This document shows, one piece after another, positions 36,009 to 49,464 of a stretch of DNA of 64,000 nucleotides. The translations under genes were made by a program, and so were the position numbers. The stretch's first letter is position 1. The number at the start of each line of letters is the position of its first letter. This DNA comes from an uncultured Gemmatimonadales bacterium (GTDB lineage: Bacteria; Gemmatimonadota; Gemmatimonadetes; Gemmatimonadales; GWC2-71-9): contig CAVOOB010000002.1 in NCBI GenBank assembly GCA_963697435.1, forward strand, positions 516,601 through 580,600, written 5' to 3'. The notes beneath the pieces are model-generated. The model searched no databases. It was not told the origin of the DNA and worked only from the letters and a program-made list of their open reading frames with translations.

Positions 36009-37529
36009 CTAGAACAACCCAAACCCGATGATCGGCTTCGGCGCTGGCTCCTCGTCGTCACCCCCCAGTTGCACCGGCTCGATGTCCAGGGACGTGTCCT
36101 GCGGGATCTGCACCGCGTCGGCGCCGAGCGTCCGGAAGAGCCGCCACTGTTCCTGGCGGGCGGTGTACGAGTAGCCGCCGTTGTACATCAGTGTCACCAC
36201 GAGCACGCCCTCGGGCCGCCCAAGGTAGCCCACGAGCGTGCTGACATTGCCGAGCGTCCCTGTCTTGGCGCGAACCACCCCGCGTCCCGGCATTCCACCG
36301 AGCCGGCTGAGTGTGCCTTCGCCGTTGGCCGGCAGGAGGAGCGGGAAGTTCCGTCCCTCGTACGTCATCGGAAAGCGCGTCAGGTAGGATACGAACACCG
36401 AGGGTGCAATCCGGTCTTCCGTCGACAATCCGCTGCCATCCACCAGGTGCACACCCGTCGTCGCCCCGGTCACCGATCGCACATGCTCCGTCAACCGCTC
36501 CGCGGCGTTCGACGTGCCCCCTGCCCACCGGAGCAGCAACTCCGCGCCGTAGTTGAGGCTGCGGGTGTTGACCTCCGACGCGAGCGAGTCCAGGATGGGC
36601 GACTCGATTTGCGCCAGCACCGACTGGTAGTCTGACGGAGCCGCAGACGCGAGTGCGAAGGAGTGGTCCCACTGGATGCCCGCGTCCTTGAGTGCCCGCC
36701 CCCAGACAGCACGCAGCACCGCCTCGGGGTTGTTGGCGACCCGGCTCAGGCGACGCGGTCTGGCTGACTGCCCGATGCTCCCGGACAGGACCCACCCGCC
36801 GCTGGAGGTGGGCGAGAGTCGAAGCGAGGAGCGGCGGCCGGCGACGGTTCGCGCGCGGTTCGTGACGAGTTGGCTCACGCCGTGGGGCGATTCCCCGATG
36901 ATCACCGGCCGCGCGCCTGACTTGCCGCCGGGCCGGACAGTGAATTCCACGGTGTTCTCATGCAGGGTGAGCGCACCGATCGGTGGTGCAAAGAGTCGCC
37001 CGCGATGCCTTGAGGCCCACACCGACGGATAGACCGCGTCGGCCGGACCCTCGGTGCTTCGGACCACGAGTGGTCCTTGGAGGTGGGAGATGCCACGCTG
37101 GGCAAGCTGCTGGGCAAGATCCGCCAACAGCGGGCCCTGCCGGGTGGCGCGTTCCAGCGAGAGATCCCCATTCAACTCGAGGGCCCACGTCCCCATCCAT
37201 TGCCCGGTGAAGGGGTCCACCATCCCGGTGCCGACCACGCGCGTGGCCACCCTGGCGTCGCCCCCAAGCTGGGTGCGGGCAAATCCGGTGGTGAACAGCT
37301 TCACGGTTGAAGCCGGGAGCAGTGGGCGGTCTTCCGCGACGCTCCAGAGAATCCGTCCAGTCTGGTCCGCGATCGCGATGCCCCACTCACCAGGTGCGCG
37401 GCGCTTGGCCCGCTTGTACCAGGAATCCAGCGCGCGCTGTACCTCGGCGTCGCCTTGCGCCTGCACCACGGCCGGGAGCACCGCCAGCCCGCCCATCAGG
37501 GCGAGCAGGGCGAGCACGGCGCGAAGCAT
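36009..37529 (-). CDS. dacB: D-alanyl-D-alanine carboxypeptidase/endopeptidase (PBP4, peptidase S13)
   Basis: SxxK motif (ASTVKLFT). Signal peptide (MLRAVLALLALMGGLAVLPAVVQAQ). KTG motif (VRAKTGTLGNVSTL). The start is ATG at 37529 or GTG at 37559. Confidence 0.85.
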   Translation of the reverse strand: MLRAVLALLALMGGLAVLPAVVQAQGDAEVQRALDSWYKRAKRRAPGEWGIAIADQTGRILWSVAEDRPLLPASTVKLFTTGFARTQLGGDARVATRVVGTGMVDPFTGQWMGTWALELNGDLSLERATRQGPLLADLAQQLAQRGISHLQGPLVVRSTEGPADAVYPSVWASRHRGRLFAPPIGALTLHENTVEFTVRPGGKSGARPVIIGESPHGVSQLVTNRARTVAGRRSSLRLSPTSSGGWVLSGSIGQSARPRRLSRVANNPEAVLRAVWGRALKDAGIQWDHSFALASAAPSDYQSVLAQIESPILDSLASEVNTRSLNYGAELLLRWAGGTSNAAERLTEHVRSVTGATTGVHLVDGSGLSTEDRIAPSVFVSYLTRFPMTYEGRNFPLLLPANGEGTLSRLGGMPGRGVVRAKTGTLGNVSTLVGYLGRPEGVLVVTLMYNGGYSYTARQEQWRLFRTLGADAVQIPQDTSLDIEPVQLGGDDEEPAPKPIIGFGLF

Positions 37530-37771
37530 TGGGCGAGGCGCGCGAAGGAAACGCGTCACAGGGGTACCGCCTGGTTGATGGTTGGGGCCCGGCTGGGTGG
37601 CCGTCCGCCAGATAGGTAGAGCAAAGACCGTTCCCGGGGACCGAAGGGGGGCCGGCCGCGGGTCCAGACAACGAGGCCCGCGGCAACCGCCGCAGGCTCG
37701 TGATTCAATAGTATGCGCCAAACTATTGTGGCGTCAAGAGTTGACCATCAGGCCCGTCCCGTCCTGAAACG

Positions 37772-37803
37772 CCGAGCCCCCCGGCGGGGGCCGGGGGGCT
37801 CGG
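37772..37803 (-). terminator. GC-rich hairpin, putative terminator after the acyl-CoA dehydrogenase gene
   Basis: CCGAGCCCCCCGGC-GGGG-GCCGGGGGGCTCGG perfect 14-bp stem, 20 nt downstream of the stop at 37823. Confidence 0.65.
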
Positions 37804-37822
37804 TGGAGAGTACCGTGGCGCC

Positions 37823-38986
37823 CTACTTCAGCATCAACTTGGCGATGGTCTGCAGTTGCATGTTGCTGGTGCCCTCGTAGATGGTGCCGATTTTTGCATC
37901 CCGGTAAAACTTCTCGGCGGGGTATTCCTTGGAGTATCCATACCCACCGAAGAGTTCGAGGCACTGGGAGGTGATTCGGTCGGCCACCTGCGAGCTGAAG
38001 AGCTTGGCCATGGCGGCCTCGCGCAGGAACGGCTGGCCGGCGCACTTGATCCGTGCCGCGTTGTAGACCATCAGCTTGGCCGCCTCGAGTTCCGTCCCCA
38101 TCTGGGCGAGCTGGAACTGAACGCCCTGAAACTCGGCGATCGGCTTCCCGAACTGCTTCCGTTCCTTCACGTAGGCGATTGCCGCCTCCAGGGCGCCGGT
38201 GGCCACTCCGATCATCTGCGCGCCGATGCCGATCCGGCCCTCGTTCAGGGTCTCGATGGCAATCTTGTATCCCTGCCCCACCGGGCCGAGGACGTTCCCG
38301 TCCGGCACCACGCAGTCTTCGAGGATCAGTTCCGTGGTGCTCGACGCGCGGATACCGAGCTTGTCTTCCTTCTTCCCCACCTTGAATCCCGGGAAATCCT
38401 TCTCGATCAGGAATCCGGTGATTCCCTTGTACCCCTTCGAAAAGTCCGTATTGGCGAAGACGATGAAGAACTCCGCTTCTGCGCCGTTCGTGATCCAGAA
38501 CTTCCGGCCGGTCAGTTCCCAATGGTCGCCCTTCCGCTCCGCCTTCGTCTCCAGCGCGAAGGCGTCGCTGCCGCTGGCCGGCTCGGAGAGCGCGAACGCG
38601 CCGAGCATGTCCGACGCCAGTCTCGGCAGATAGCGGGCGTGGATGTCGGGGGACCCCCACTGCAGCACGCAGTTGTTGACCAGGGTGTTGTGGACGTCGA
38701 CATAGATGGCCGCGGACGCGTCCACCCGGGCCAGTTCCTCGATGGCCAGCACGGCCAGGAAGATGTTGCCGCCGGCGCCGCCAAACTGCTCCGGAATCTC
38801 GACGCCCATCAACCCGAGCTCGAAGAACTTGGGGATGATGTCGGGATTGAACTGGGCCCGGGCGTCCATGTCGTGGACATGGGGCCGGATTTCGCTTTCG
38901 GCGAATTCGCGAACCGCGCTCCGGAACATCTCCTCTTCTTCGGTGAGCGTCGTCAGCGGAGGCGGGGCGGTCGAAAGATCAGTCAT
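37823..38986 (-). CDS. Acyl-CoA dehydrogenase
   Basis: ACAD N, middle and C-terminal domain motifs (GAFALSEPASGSDA, FWITNG, C-terminal YEGTSNMQLQTIAK with catalytic Glu). Start trimmed to ATG at 38986. Confidence 0.9.
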   Translation of the reverse strand: MTDLSTAPPPLTTLTEEEEMFRSAVREFAESEIRPHVHDMDARAQFNPDIIPKFFELGLMGVEIPEQFGGAGGNIFLAVLAIEELARVDASAAIYVDVHNTLVNNCVLQWGSPDIHARYLPRLASDMLGAFALSEPASGSDAFALETKAERKGDHWELTGRKFWITNGAEAEFFIVFANTDFSKGYKGITGFLIEKDFPGFKVGKKEDKLGIRASSTTELILEDCVVPDGNVLGPVGQGYKIAIETLNEGRIGIGAQMIGVATGALEAAIAYVKERKQFGKPIAEFQGVQFQLAQMGTELEAAKLMVYNAARIKCAGQPFLREAAMAKLFSSQVADRITSQCLELFGGYGYSKEYPAEKFYRDAKIGTIYEGTSNMQLQTIAKLMLK

Positions 38987-39051
38987 GAGATTCCTCCCCG
39001 CCGGGCGGGGGCTTGAGTCGTGCGGGAAGATACCCGCGGACCCCGAAGCGT

Positions 39052-40881
39052 TCAACGAGGCCCGAGCACCTCCAGCACCACCGGCACCCGGCCAAGCGGG
39101 GCGGCGATCTGCACACCCTGCACCCGCGGGCGGACCGCTTCCAGCATCTCGCGGGCAATCTGCACCCCCTCCGCAAGCCCCGCCTCCCGGCCGGCTGCGC
39201 TCGCGACCCGCATCCGCTCAAGGACAGCCTGCGGCACCGACACGCCGGGCACCTCGTTGGCCAGGAACTCGGCGTTCCTGAGCGACACGAGCGGCCAGAG
39301 TCCCGCGATGACCGGAACGGCGTGTGTGGACGCGCGGTCCAGAAACCGGTCCAGCTGCTCGAGGTCGAACACCGGCTGGGTGACGACGTACTCGGCGCCT
39401 GCGTCCACTTTCCACGCCAGCCGAGACATTTCCCGCTCGAAATCGGGGGCGGTGGGGTTGGCGCCCACGCCGATCACGAACTTGGTCGGCGCGCCGATGG
39501 CGTTGCCGCCCGGGTCGAGGCCCTGGTTGAGGCGGGAGACGAGGTTGGTCAGCCCGATCGCGTCGATGTCGAACACGGCGGTCGCGTCGGGGTAGGGCCC
39601 CATCTTCGGCGGGTCGCCGGTGATGATGAGGAGATTGCGGAGCCCGGCCGCCGCCGCGCCGAGCAGGTCGGAAAGCATGCCCAGGAGATTGCGATCGCGG
39701 CAGGCGTAGTGGACGACCGCCTCGAGCCCGACCTCCCGCTCGATCAGGAGGCCCGAAATGAGGGCGCCCATGCGGCTCTGGGCGCGAGGGCCGTCGGGCA
39801 CGTTGACGGCGTCCACGCCGGCGGCCTTCAGTGCGCGCACCTGCGCGTACATCGGTGCCGGATCGACCCCCTTGGGTGGGACGATTTCCACGGTAGTGAC
39901 GAACGCGCCGGCGGCCAGCTTGGCTCCCAGTTTCGAGCGCTCACCGAGGGGGAGGGCAGGGACGCCTTGCGCGGCGGCTGGCGCAACCGTCGTGTGGTGG
40001 TGGCGGGGCGACGCGCTCTGTGCAAACCCGACGATGGCCTTGATGTGCTCGGGCGTGGTGCCGCAACACCCGCCGACGATGCGTGCCCCCGCCTCGACCA
40101 TGCGCTTCGCGTAGGTCGCCATGTACTCTGGCGACGCCATGTACATCTTCCTGCCCCCGACGTCGCGCGGGAGGCCGGCGTTGGGCATGGCGCTGAGCGG
40201 GAGGTCGACGACCCGCGCCAGGTGCTCAATGGCCTCGAGGACTCCGTGGGGGCCGACCGAACAATTTACCCCGATGACATCGACTCCCATCGCGGCAATC
40301 GCAGGCCCAAACGCGGAGGGCGCCGTCCCGTAGAGTGTGCGTCCGTCCTCACCGACGGTCATCTGGGCGATGATCGGCAGGTCGGAGAGGGCGCGGACGC
40401 CGCTGACGGCGGCGCGAAGTTCTTCGACGTCGCTGAAGGTCTCCAGGAGAAAGCCGTCCACCCCGCCGGCCAGGAGGCCGGTGGCCTGCCGCGCGAACGC
40501 CGCCTGCGCTTCTTCCACCGAGGTTTCGCCGAACGGTTCGATGCGGATGCCGAGTGGGCCGATGGCGCCGAGCACGCAGGCGCGATCGCCGGCGGCCTCC
40601 CGGGCGAGCCTGGCCGCCGCTTCGTTGATGGTCTCGGTGTCGTCGGCGAGCCCGTGGTGCGCCAGCTTGATCGGGTTCGCGCCAAAGGTGTTGGTCTCGA
40701 TCAGTTCGGCCCCGGCCCGCACATACTCGCGGTGAATCTCCCGGATGACATCGGGCTGCCGGAGCACCAGTTCATCGTAGCAGACGTTGAGGAAGACACC
40801 CTTGCTGTAGAGCATCGTCCCCATGGCGCCGTCGGAGACGTGCACGTGGCCGTCGGCGAGCAGTTGGCGCAGGTCAGGCAT
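39052..40881 (-). CDS. Bifunctional homocysteine S-methyltransferase / 5,10-methylenetetrahydrofolate reductase (YitJ-like)
   Basis: N-terminal Hcy-binding domain (DGAMGTML..., [19 protein letters not shown]). C-terminal MTHFR TIM barrel (VEIVPPKG, NVPDGPRA, ITGDPP). Confidence 0.85.
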   Translation of the reverse strand: MPDLRQLLADGHVHVSDGAMGTMLYSKGVFLNVCYDELVLRQPDVIREIHREYVRAGAELIETNTFGANPIKLAHHGLADDTETINEAAARLAREAAGDRACVLGAIGPLGIRIEPFGETSVEEAQAAFARQATGLLAGGVDGFLLETFSDVEELRAAVSGVRALSDLPIIAQMTVGEDGRTLYGTAPSAFGPAIAAMGVDVIGVNCSVGPHGVLEAIEHLARVVDLPLSAMPNAGLPRDVGGRKMYMASPEYMATYAKRMVEAGARIVGGCCGTTPEHIKAIVGFAQSASPRHHHTTVAPAAAQGVPALPLGERSKLGAKLAAGAFVTTVEIVPPKGVDPAPMYAQVRALKAAGVDAVNVPDGPRAQSRMGALISGLLIEREVGLEAVVHYACRDRNLLGMLSDLLGAAAAGLRNLLIITGDPPKMGPYPDATAVFDIDAIGLTNLVSRLNQGLDPGGNAIGAPTKFVIGVGANPTAPDFEREMSRLAWKVDAGAEYVVTQPVFDLEQLDRFLDRASTHAVPVIAGLWPLVSLRNAEFLANEVPGVSVPQAVLERMRVASAAGREAGLAEGVQIAREMLEAVRPRVQGVQIAAPLGRVPVVLEVLGPR

Positions 40882-40901
40882 TCGGGATCCTCCCGCGTGA
40901 C

Positions 40902-44630
<3,729 letters not shown>

Positions 44631-44769
44631 CGACGCCCGGAACCAAAACGGCTCCAGGCGAGCGTTTTAGCAGGTTGTTTAACGTGGCCGCAATATGCGC
44701 AAATCACCACGACTCGATTAATCTGACACCTGTATTCTACCCGTCCCCTCCTCGATGGCAAGGGCGCGG

Positions 44770-45066
44770 TCACGCCGCCGCGATTCCGAGCGCCTCGGCG
44801 GCGGCGCGGACCGCCACGCCCTCGACGTGCACGGTCTTCTGTCGGCCGCTGTGGCCGGCGGTGATTTCCACCGCACGCCTCGGCACGCCGAGCCGCTCGG
44901 CGAGAAACCGAATCAACTCCTCGTTCGCCGCACCGTCCACCGGTGGCGCCGACAACCTGATCCGGACCGAGTTACCGTGAAGCCCTACGACTTCGGTGCG
45001 GGAAGCGCGGGGCTGGATCCGGAGGCGCAGGCGGACGCCGTCGTCTGTGCGCTCCAGCGGGCTCAT
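44770..45066 (-). CDS. DUF167 (YggU) family protein
   Basis: 98 aa with the characteristic ...RIQPRASR..V.G.....V.I.L.APPVDGAAN..LI.FLA motif. Confidence 0.8.
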   Translation of the reverse strand: MSPLERTDDGVRLRLRIQPRASRTEVVGLHGNSVRIRLSAPPVDGAANEELIRFLAERLGVPRRAVEITAGHSGRQKTVHVEGVAVRAAAEALGIAAA

Positions 45067-45644
45067 CGGAACAGGCTGAGGAGCACCGAACGGAGAAGCA
45101 CAAGCGCGAGCCAGGCCACAAGCGGGCTGAAGTCGATCATGCCCATCGGGGGCAGGACTCTACGGATCGGCGCAACCAGCCATTCAGTGAGGAGGATGAT
45201 CGGTCGGAAGTGGCGATGGTACGCGCCGATTCCGAACCACGAGGCCACGACCCGAATGATCAGCGCGGCGATCAGCAGGGCGAAGACCCCATTGATCAGG
45301 AAGACCGCCACGCCGCCCGCACCGCTGCCGGCCGCCATCTGGGCGCGATACCAGAATCCGACCAACCAGTCCACGAGGGCTATCAGCAGCAGGCCGCCCA
45401 GGACCGCGAACCCGAAGAGCCAGAGCGGCGCATCCTGGGGGTTCTTGCCGGCGCGGACCAGGCGGGATTCGAGCGGGCGGAGGAGCGGGTCGGCCACCCG
45501 GCGCACCAGACGCGGCCAGGGTCCGAACGGGGTCAGGTGGCCTGCGCGCACCAGCCAGAAGGTGAGGGCCACGATGGCGGTGAACCCGAGCGCCGCGATG
45601 CTGAGGGCTCGCGCGGCCAAGGCCAGGGCGGGCAGAAGACTCAT
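45063..45644 (-). CDS. YggT family membrane protein
   Basis: TM repeats with PIRRVLPPMGMIDFSPLVA motif. 4-nt overlap with the DUF167 gene, the classic yggT-yggU pairing. Confidence 0.8.
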   Translation of the reverse strand: MSLLPALALAARALSIAALGFTAIVALTFWLVRAGHLTPFGPWPRLVRRVADPLLRPLESRLVRAGKNPQDAPLWLFGFAVLGGLLLIALVDWLVGFWYRAQMAAGSGAGGVAVFLINGVFALLIAALIIRVVASWFGIGAYHRHFRPIILLTEWLVAPIRRVLPPMGMIDFSPLVAWLALVLLRSVLLSLFR

Positions 45645-45651
45645 ACCGGCC

Positions 45652-46134
45652 TCACCGGCCGCTGGCTCGTTGCACCTTGTAGGGGGAGCTCCGTCCCTCG
45701 GAGTCGGTACAGGTCACCGTGAAGCGGCCATCGTTGAGCGCCGATTCTTCCAGGAGGTCGGTCGTTCCACGGCAACTCGTCAGGAGATGCCCGAGCGGCT
45801 TGCGGAACATCGCGAAGGCCATCGGCGGATTGGCGCGGGTGTCGATGTGCCGCGCGATTTCCGGGGTGAGGCTGTCGATGCCGGCCGTCCGGAGCGATGC
45901 GGGGTACTTGCGCTGGTTGGCGGCGGCGTAGGCGGCAAGACGGTCGACGAGCAAGAAGACATCGCGGCCGAGGCGCGTGGCTTCTTCCTGGGCGACATCA
46001 CCCGCAGGTGCGGGGGAACCGGACGGCGGGTTGCCGGTCGCCGGCGCCTTCTCCTTGCCGCACGCACCGGTCAGGGCGCAGAGCAGCGAGAGGACGACGG
46101 CGCGGGTGGTCCTGCTACTCCATCGCGAATTCAC
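45652..46134 (-). CDS. Hypothetical lipoprotein
   Basis: Lipobox LTGAC after a basic N-region. GTG start. Overlaps the desaturase stop by 20 nt. Confidence 0.55.
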   Translation of the reverse strand: MNSRWSSRTTRAVVLSLLCALTGACGKEKAPATGNPPSGSPAPAGDVAQEEATRLGRDVFLLVDRLAAYAAANQRKYPASLRTAGIDSLTPEIARHIDTRANPPMAFAMFRKPLGHLLTSCRGTTDLLEESALNDGRFTVTCTDSEGRSSPYKVQRASGR

Positions 46135-47092
46135 GATTGAACACCACCTCGAACGTGAAGGTCTTGGCCCGGCTGCGCGTTTCGATCAGGTCGGCAATGC
46201 GGCGGAGTCGATCGGGAACGGCCATGATCCGCTCCTGCGCCTTGCGCCCCATCTCGTTCAGGCCCTCGAGCTTCTCGATCTTCCAGAAGGCAATCTGCTC
46301 CTGGACGATCTTCAGGTAGTCGCGCGGCCCGTAGATCCCGGCGCGACGGATCACCTCGGCAAAGTCCCGGAAGCCGGGGATGGTGATTCCGGGCATGTCG
46401 ATTCCGGGCAGGATATGCGAGGCCGACTCGAGGCCGCGATTTGGGTCACGCTTGAGTACCTCGGCAAACACTGCGCGGTAGAAGCTGAAGTGTCGCGCCT
46501 CTTCCATGGCCACCTTTTCCAGCACCTCGCCGAGCTTCGGGTCGTATTCCGCCACGATCTTCCCGGTTTCCGCGTGTGAGCGCTGGGTGGCCCGTTCCTG
46601 CACCGACGTGTAGACAAACACGCGGTAGGGATCCTTGTCCCACTCGGGGTTGAATCCGGCCCGCAGGTATTCGAACTGGATCTCCTCCAGCTTGCGCTGG
46701 TCGAGGAGGCCGGTGTCGCGGACGTAGTCGTGGAGGATCTGGCCGTGACGGTCCTCTTCGGCGGTCCAGAGATTGAGCCAGTCGCGCCAGTGGCTGTCCT
46801 CGCCGGCGTGTGCCGCGAAGACCCGGTGGAAGTGCGGGAGGCCTTCTTCCGTGAGCAAGTTGAGGGCGACGGCCGCGCGCGCGGGCACCGGAATGCCATC
46901 GGCGCGGCGCCGGGCGCTCTTGAGGTGATCGTCGACGGATTCGTCGGGGCGGGGCCCGATGAGGTCGTGGGGGAACCACAGGGGACGTTTGGCTTCGTGA
47001 GTCGCCATGAGTTCGCGAACGGTGTCCTCGAAGTCCCGCAGGACCTCGAATTTCGCGATGATATCGTTTGCGGTATCACGGAGTGTCATCAA
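46115..47092 (-). CDS. Soluble acyl-ACP desaturase (di-iron, DesA-like)
   Basis: Di-iron EExxH motifs (WTAEEDRHG, AMEEARH) plus TEEGLPHF and ERATQ ligand regions. Confidence 0.9.
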   Translation of the reverse strand: MMTLRDTANDIIAKFEVLRDFEDTVRELMATHEAKRPLWFPHDLIGPRPDESVDDHLKSARRRADGIPVPARAAVALNLLTEEGLPHFHRVFAAHAGEDSHWRDWLNLWTAEEDRHGQILHDYVRDTGLLDQRKLEEIQFEYLRAGFNPEWDKDPYRVFVYTSVQERATQRSHAETGKIVAEYDPKLGEVLEKVAMEEARHFSFYRAVFAEVLKRDPNRGLESASHILPGIDMPGITIPGFRDFAEVIRRAGIYGPRDYLKIVQEQIAFWKIEKLEGLNEMGRKAQERIMAVPDRLRRIADLIETRSRAKTFTFEVVFNREFAME

Positions 47093-47191
47093 GTCCCCCG
47101 GGGCGCCGGTCCGGAACGAGAGAGAGCCGGGGGGATCACGGCACCCCGACTCTCTAAGCTAACGCCCTGCGGACGGCTCCGCATCACCGGC

Positions 47192-47620
47192 TCAGGCCGA
47201 CGGGACGGCCTTTTCCATCAGGTACCATGTGTTGCCGCCGATATACCCCTCCCGGGCCATCACTCGCCGCCAGCCCATGGCCAGCAGGAACGCCTCCGAG
47301 CGGAGGTCGTCGGTCCAGAACTCGATGAGATGCGCCCCGTAGCTGGCGGCACGCTCCTCGAAGGCGCCGAGGAGTCGGTGCGCGTGGCCCTGGCGCCGTT
47401 CGGCGTGTGCCACCGCCACTTCGACCAGGTGCGCCACGCCACCCTGCAGGGTATAGCGCAGGCCGCCGACCCAGTCGCCGATTTCACTGGTCAGGACGAG
47501 GTACCGGTCTTCGACGCGGCTGGTCGTCCCCTCGGCCTCGTCCTCCTCGGTCAGGAGGTCCGAAAACCAGGCGGCGAACTCCTCGTCCTGTTCCATTTCA
47601 CGGATCGTGATTTCACTCAT
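47192..47620 (-). CDS. GNAT-family N-acetyltransferase
   Basis: Motif A-like RRQGHAHRLLGAFEERA. Start trimmed to ATG at 47620 (MSEITIREME...). Confidence 0.7.
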   Translation of the reverse strand: MSEITIREMEQDEEFAAWFSDLLTEEDEAEGTTSRVEDRYLVLTSEIGDWVGGLRYTLQGGVAHLVEVAVAHAERRQGHAHRLLGAFEERAASYGAHLIEFWTDDLRSEAFLLAMGWRRVMAREGYIGGNTWYLMEKAVPSA

Positions 47621-47785
47621 CGGTCCGGTGTCTCCCGGTAACGGTCCAGGCGAAAATGCCTGCCCGCAGATCTGTATTTGCAACTTGGGTGCCATGGTGG
47701 CTCGCTCCCCAAGGTCGGCGGCAGGCAAGTGCCCATCGCACAATGATGTTACAACGCTCGCCCCCGTTTCGTTCCCCCGAGATCC

Positions 47786-47803
47786 CGTCCCCCGGAGGGG
47801 ACG
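47786..47803 (-). terminator. Short GC hairpin downstream of the yfcC-like gene (weak terminator candidate)
   Basis: CGTCCCC-CGGA-GGGGACG, 23 nt after the stop at 47826. The T-tract is on the plus, not the minus, strand, so function is uncertain. Confidence 0.3.
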
Positions 47804-47825
47804 TTTGGAGCGGGGTGGATTTCCG

Positions 47826-49193
47826 TCAGGCGAGTCCGATCGCGATGGCGGCCGCCAGGGCCACGGTGGCCAGCGCCGTCAGCAGCAGCATCACCGGGAC
47901 CGCGAACTTCCACCACTCCTCGAGCCGGACGCCGACGGCCGCGATCATGGCCAGCAGGGCGCCGTTGGTCGGGTTGACGAGGTCCATCAGCCCGACCCCA
48001 AACTGGTAGGCCAGCACCGTGACCTGGCGCGAGAGTCCAAGCAGGTCGGAGAGCGGCACCAGCAGCGGCATCGTGAGGACCGCCTGGCCGCTGGTGCTGG
48101 GGACCGGCAGGTGAAGGAGACCGTGCGCCGCCATCATTCCGAGGGCGGTAAGCGTGACCGGCAGGTCCGCCACGGGGGCGAAGAGCCCGCGGACAACGGT
48201 GTCCACGATGTGACCCTGGTGCATGACCACGTAAATGGCCCGGGCAAACCCGATGATCATCGCGGCGTACGCCATCGACTTGAAGCCGTCGACGTAGGCG
48301 TCGGCGGTGCCCTCGAGTCCGAGTTTGCCGACGAGCCCGATGACGATCCCCATCGCGAAGAAGAGCGCCGACATCTGGTCGAAGTCCCATTCCCAGCGCA
48401 GCACCCCGACCACGAAGAGCGCGAAGCTGCCGATGATGAGCAGGAGGATGGCCTGCATTCGCCAGCCGCTCGCCCCCGCGGCGGCCTCCTGCGCCGTGGT
48501 GGCGACCCCCGCCGTCTGGGTCCGTGCGGCATAGCGCATGGTGTACCAGATGTAGAGGGCGAGTGCGGGAATCAGGAAGGCGATCCGAAAGGTCGACCCG
48601 CTGAGGAGCGGCAGGCCGGCGACCTTCTGTGCGATGCCGACCATGAACGGATTGATGGGGCTGAAGGTGGCGCCGACCACCGCGGCGCCGATGCTCATCG
48701 CCACCGCGGTGACGCGGTTGAAGCCGAGGCGTGCCACGAGGAGGACGAGGATCGGGGCGAACGCGATCAGCTCCTCCTGCATCTGGATGAGGATGCCACC
48801 GGTGGCAAAGACCACGCAGGAGATCGGGATGACAAGGGTGTCGTGGCCGCGCAATCGGGCGACCAGCCCGTCGAGGAGGGTGCCGAAGACGCCGGTGCGT
48901 TCCACCACCGTCCAGGCGGCACCGACCAGGAAGACGAGGAAGATGACGGAGGCCGCATCGGCCATCCCCTTCGGGATGTCGACGAGTGCCTCGGGCAGGG
49001 AGACCGGCGCCGGGGCGACGGTCCGGTAGGTCCCGGGAACCACCACCTGCCGTCCGGTGGCAGGGTCTTCCTGGCGATCGTATTGCCCCGCCGGAACCAC
49101 CCAGGTCAGGGCCGCCGCCGCCAGGACGAACCCGGTCAGCAGGACGAGGGGATGTGGGAGGCGAAGCCCCGTCAGCTTCAAAGAGGCCTGCAC
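47826..49193 (-). CDS. YfcC/DcuC-like (C4-dicarboxylate anaerobic carrier superfamily) membrane transporter
   Basis: About 12 TM. N-terminal KL..LR.PHPLVLL..F...AALTWVVPAGQYDR pattern typical of YfcC-type proteins. Start set to GTG at 49193. Confidence 0.75.
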   Translation of the reverse strand: MQASLKLTGLRLPHPLVLLTGFVLAAAALTWVVPAGQYDRQEDPATGRQVVVPGTYRTVAPAPVSLPEALVDIPKGMADAASVIFLVFLVGAAWTVVERTGVFGTLLDGLVARLRGHDTLVIPISCVVFATGGILIQMQEELIAFAPILVLLVARLGFNRVTAVAMSIGAAVVGATFSPINPFMVGIAQKVAGLPLLSGSTFRIAFLIPALALYIWYTMRYAARTQTAGVATTAQEAAAGASGWRMQAILLLIIGSFALFVVGVLRWEWDFDQMSALFFAMGIVIGLVGKLGLEGTADAYVDGFKSMAYAAMIIGFARAIYVVMHQGHIVDTVVRGLFAPVADLPVTLTALGMMAAHGLLHLPVPSTSGQAVLTMPLLVPLSDLLGLSRQVTVLAYQFGVGLMDLVNPTNGALLAMIAAVGVRLEEWWKFAVPVMLLLTALATVALAAAIAIGLA

Positions 49194-49447
49194 GACTTGG
49201 CGACCGGGATGGCGCGCCCGCAGGCGATGGACTCGTTCATCCCGGCGATGATCGGGCCGCAGGCCGTGGTCTGTGCCTGCTGCACGGCCTCCGACTCGGA
49301 GGCGCCCGAGGCCGTCGCGGTGTTGCTGCGCCCGTTGTACTCGACCGTGACGGTGCACTCCACGTTCTGGCTGTTGAGCGTGGAGTAGAGGAGCATGGCG
49401 CCGAAGCCCACGGCGACGGCGATCGTGATCATGGTGCTGCGTTTCAT
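49178..49447 (-). CDS. Small secreted/membrane-anchored Cys-containing protein (89 aa)
   Basis: Strong GC3 bias. N-terminal hydrophobic helix (MITIAVAVGFGAMLLY). Four Cys in the mature part. Its 3' end overlaps the yfcC-like start by 16 nt. Confidence 0.55.
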   Translation of the reverse strand: MKRSTMITIAVAVGFGAMLLYSTLNSQNVECTVTVEYNGRSNTATASGASESEAVQQAQTTACGPIIAGMNESIACGRAIPVAKSCRPL

Positions 49448-49464
49448 GGAGGACTCCGGAAAGG

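Noticed and set aside
44631-44769. Lower-GC 140-nt leader upstream of metH, examined as a possible SAH/SAM/cobalamin riboswitch
   Set aside because: I could not find the conserved cores I remember: a B12 box, the SAH GAGGAGCGCUGC/AGGCUCGG pair, or SAM-II AAAGCU. Only a small hairpin (CCTGGAGCC-GTTTT-GGTTCCGGG) is visible. A covariance-model scan (Rfam cmsearch) of the minus strand would settle it.
47607-49388. 593-aa plus-strand ORF
   Set aside because: It is antisense to the 12-TM YfcC-like transporter. It is charged and Arg/Gly/Asp-rich with no motifs.
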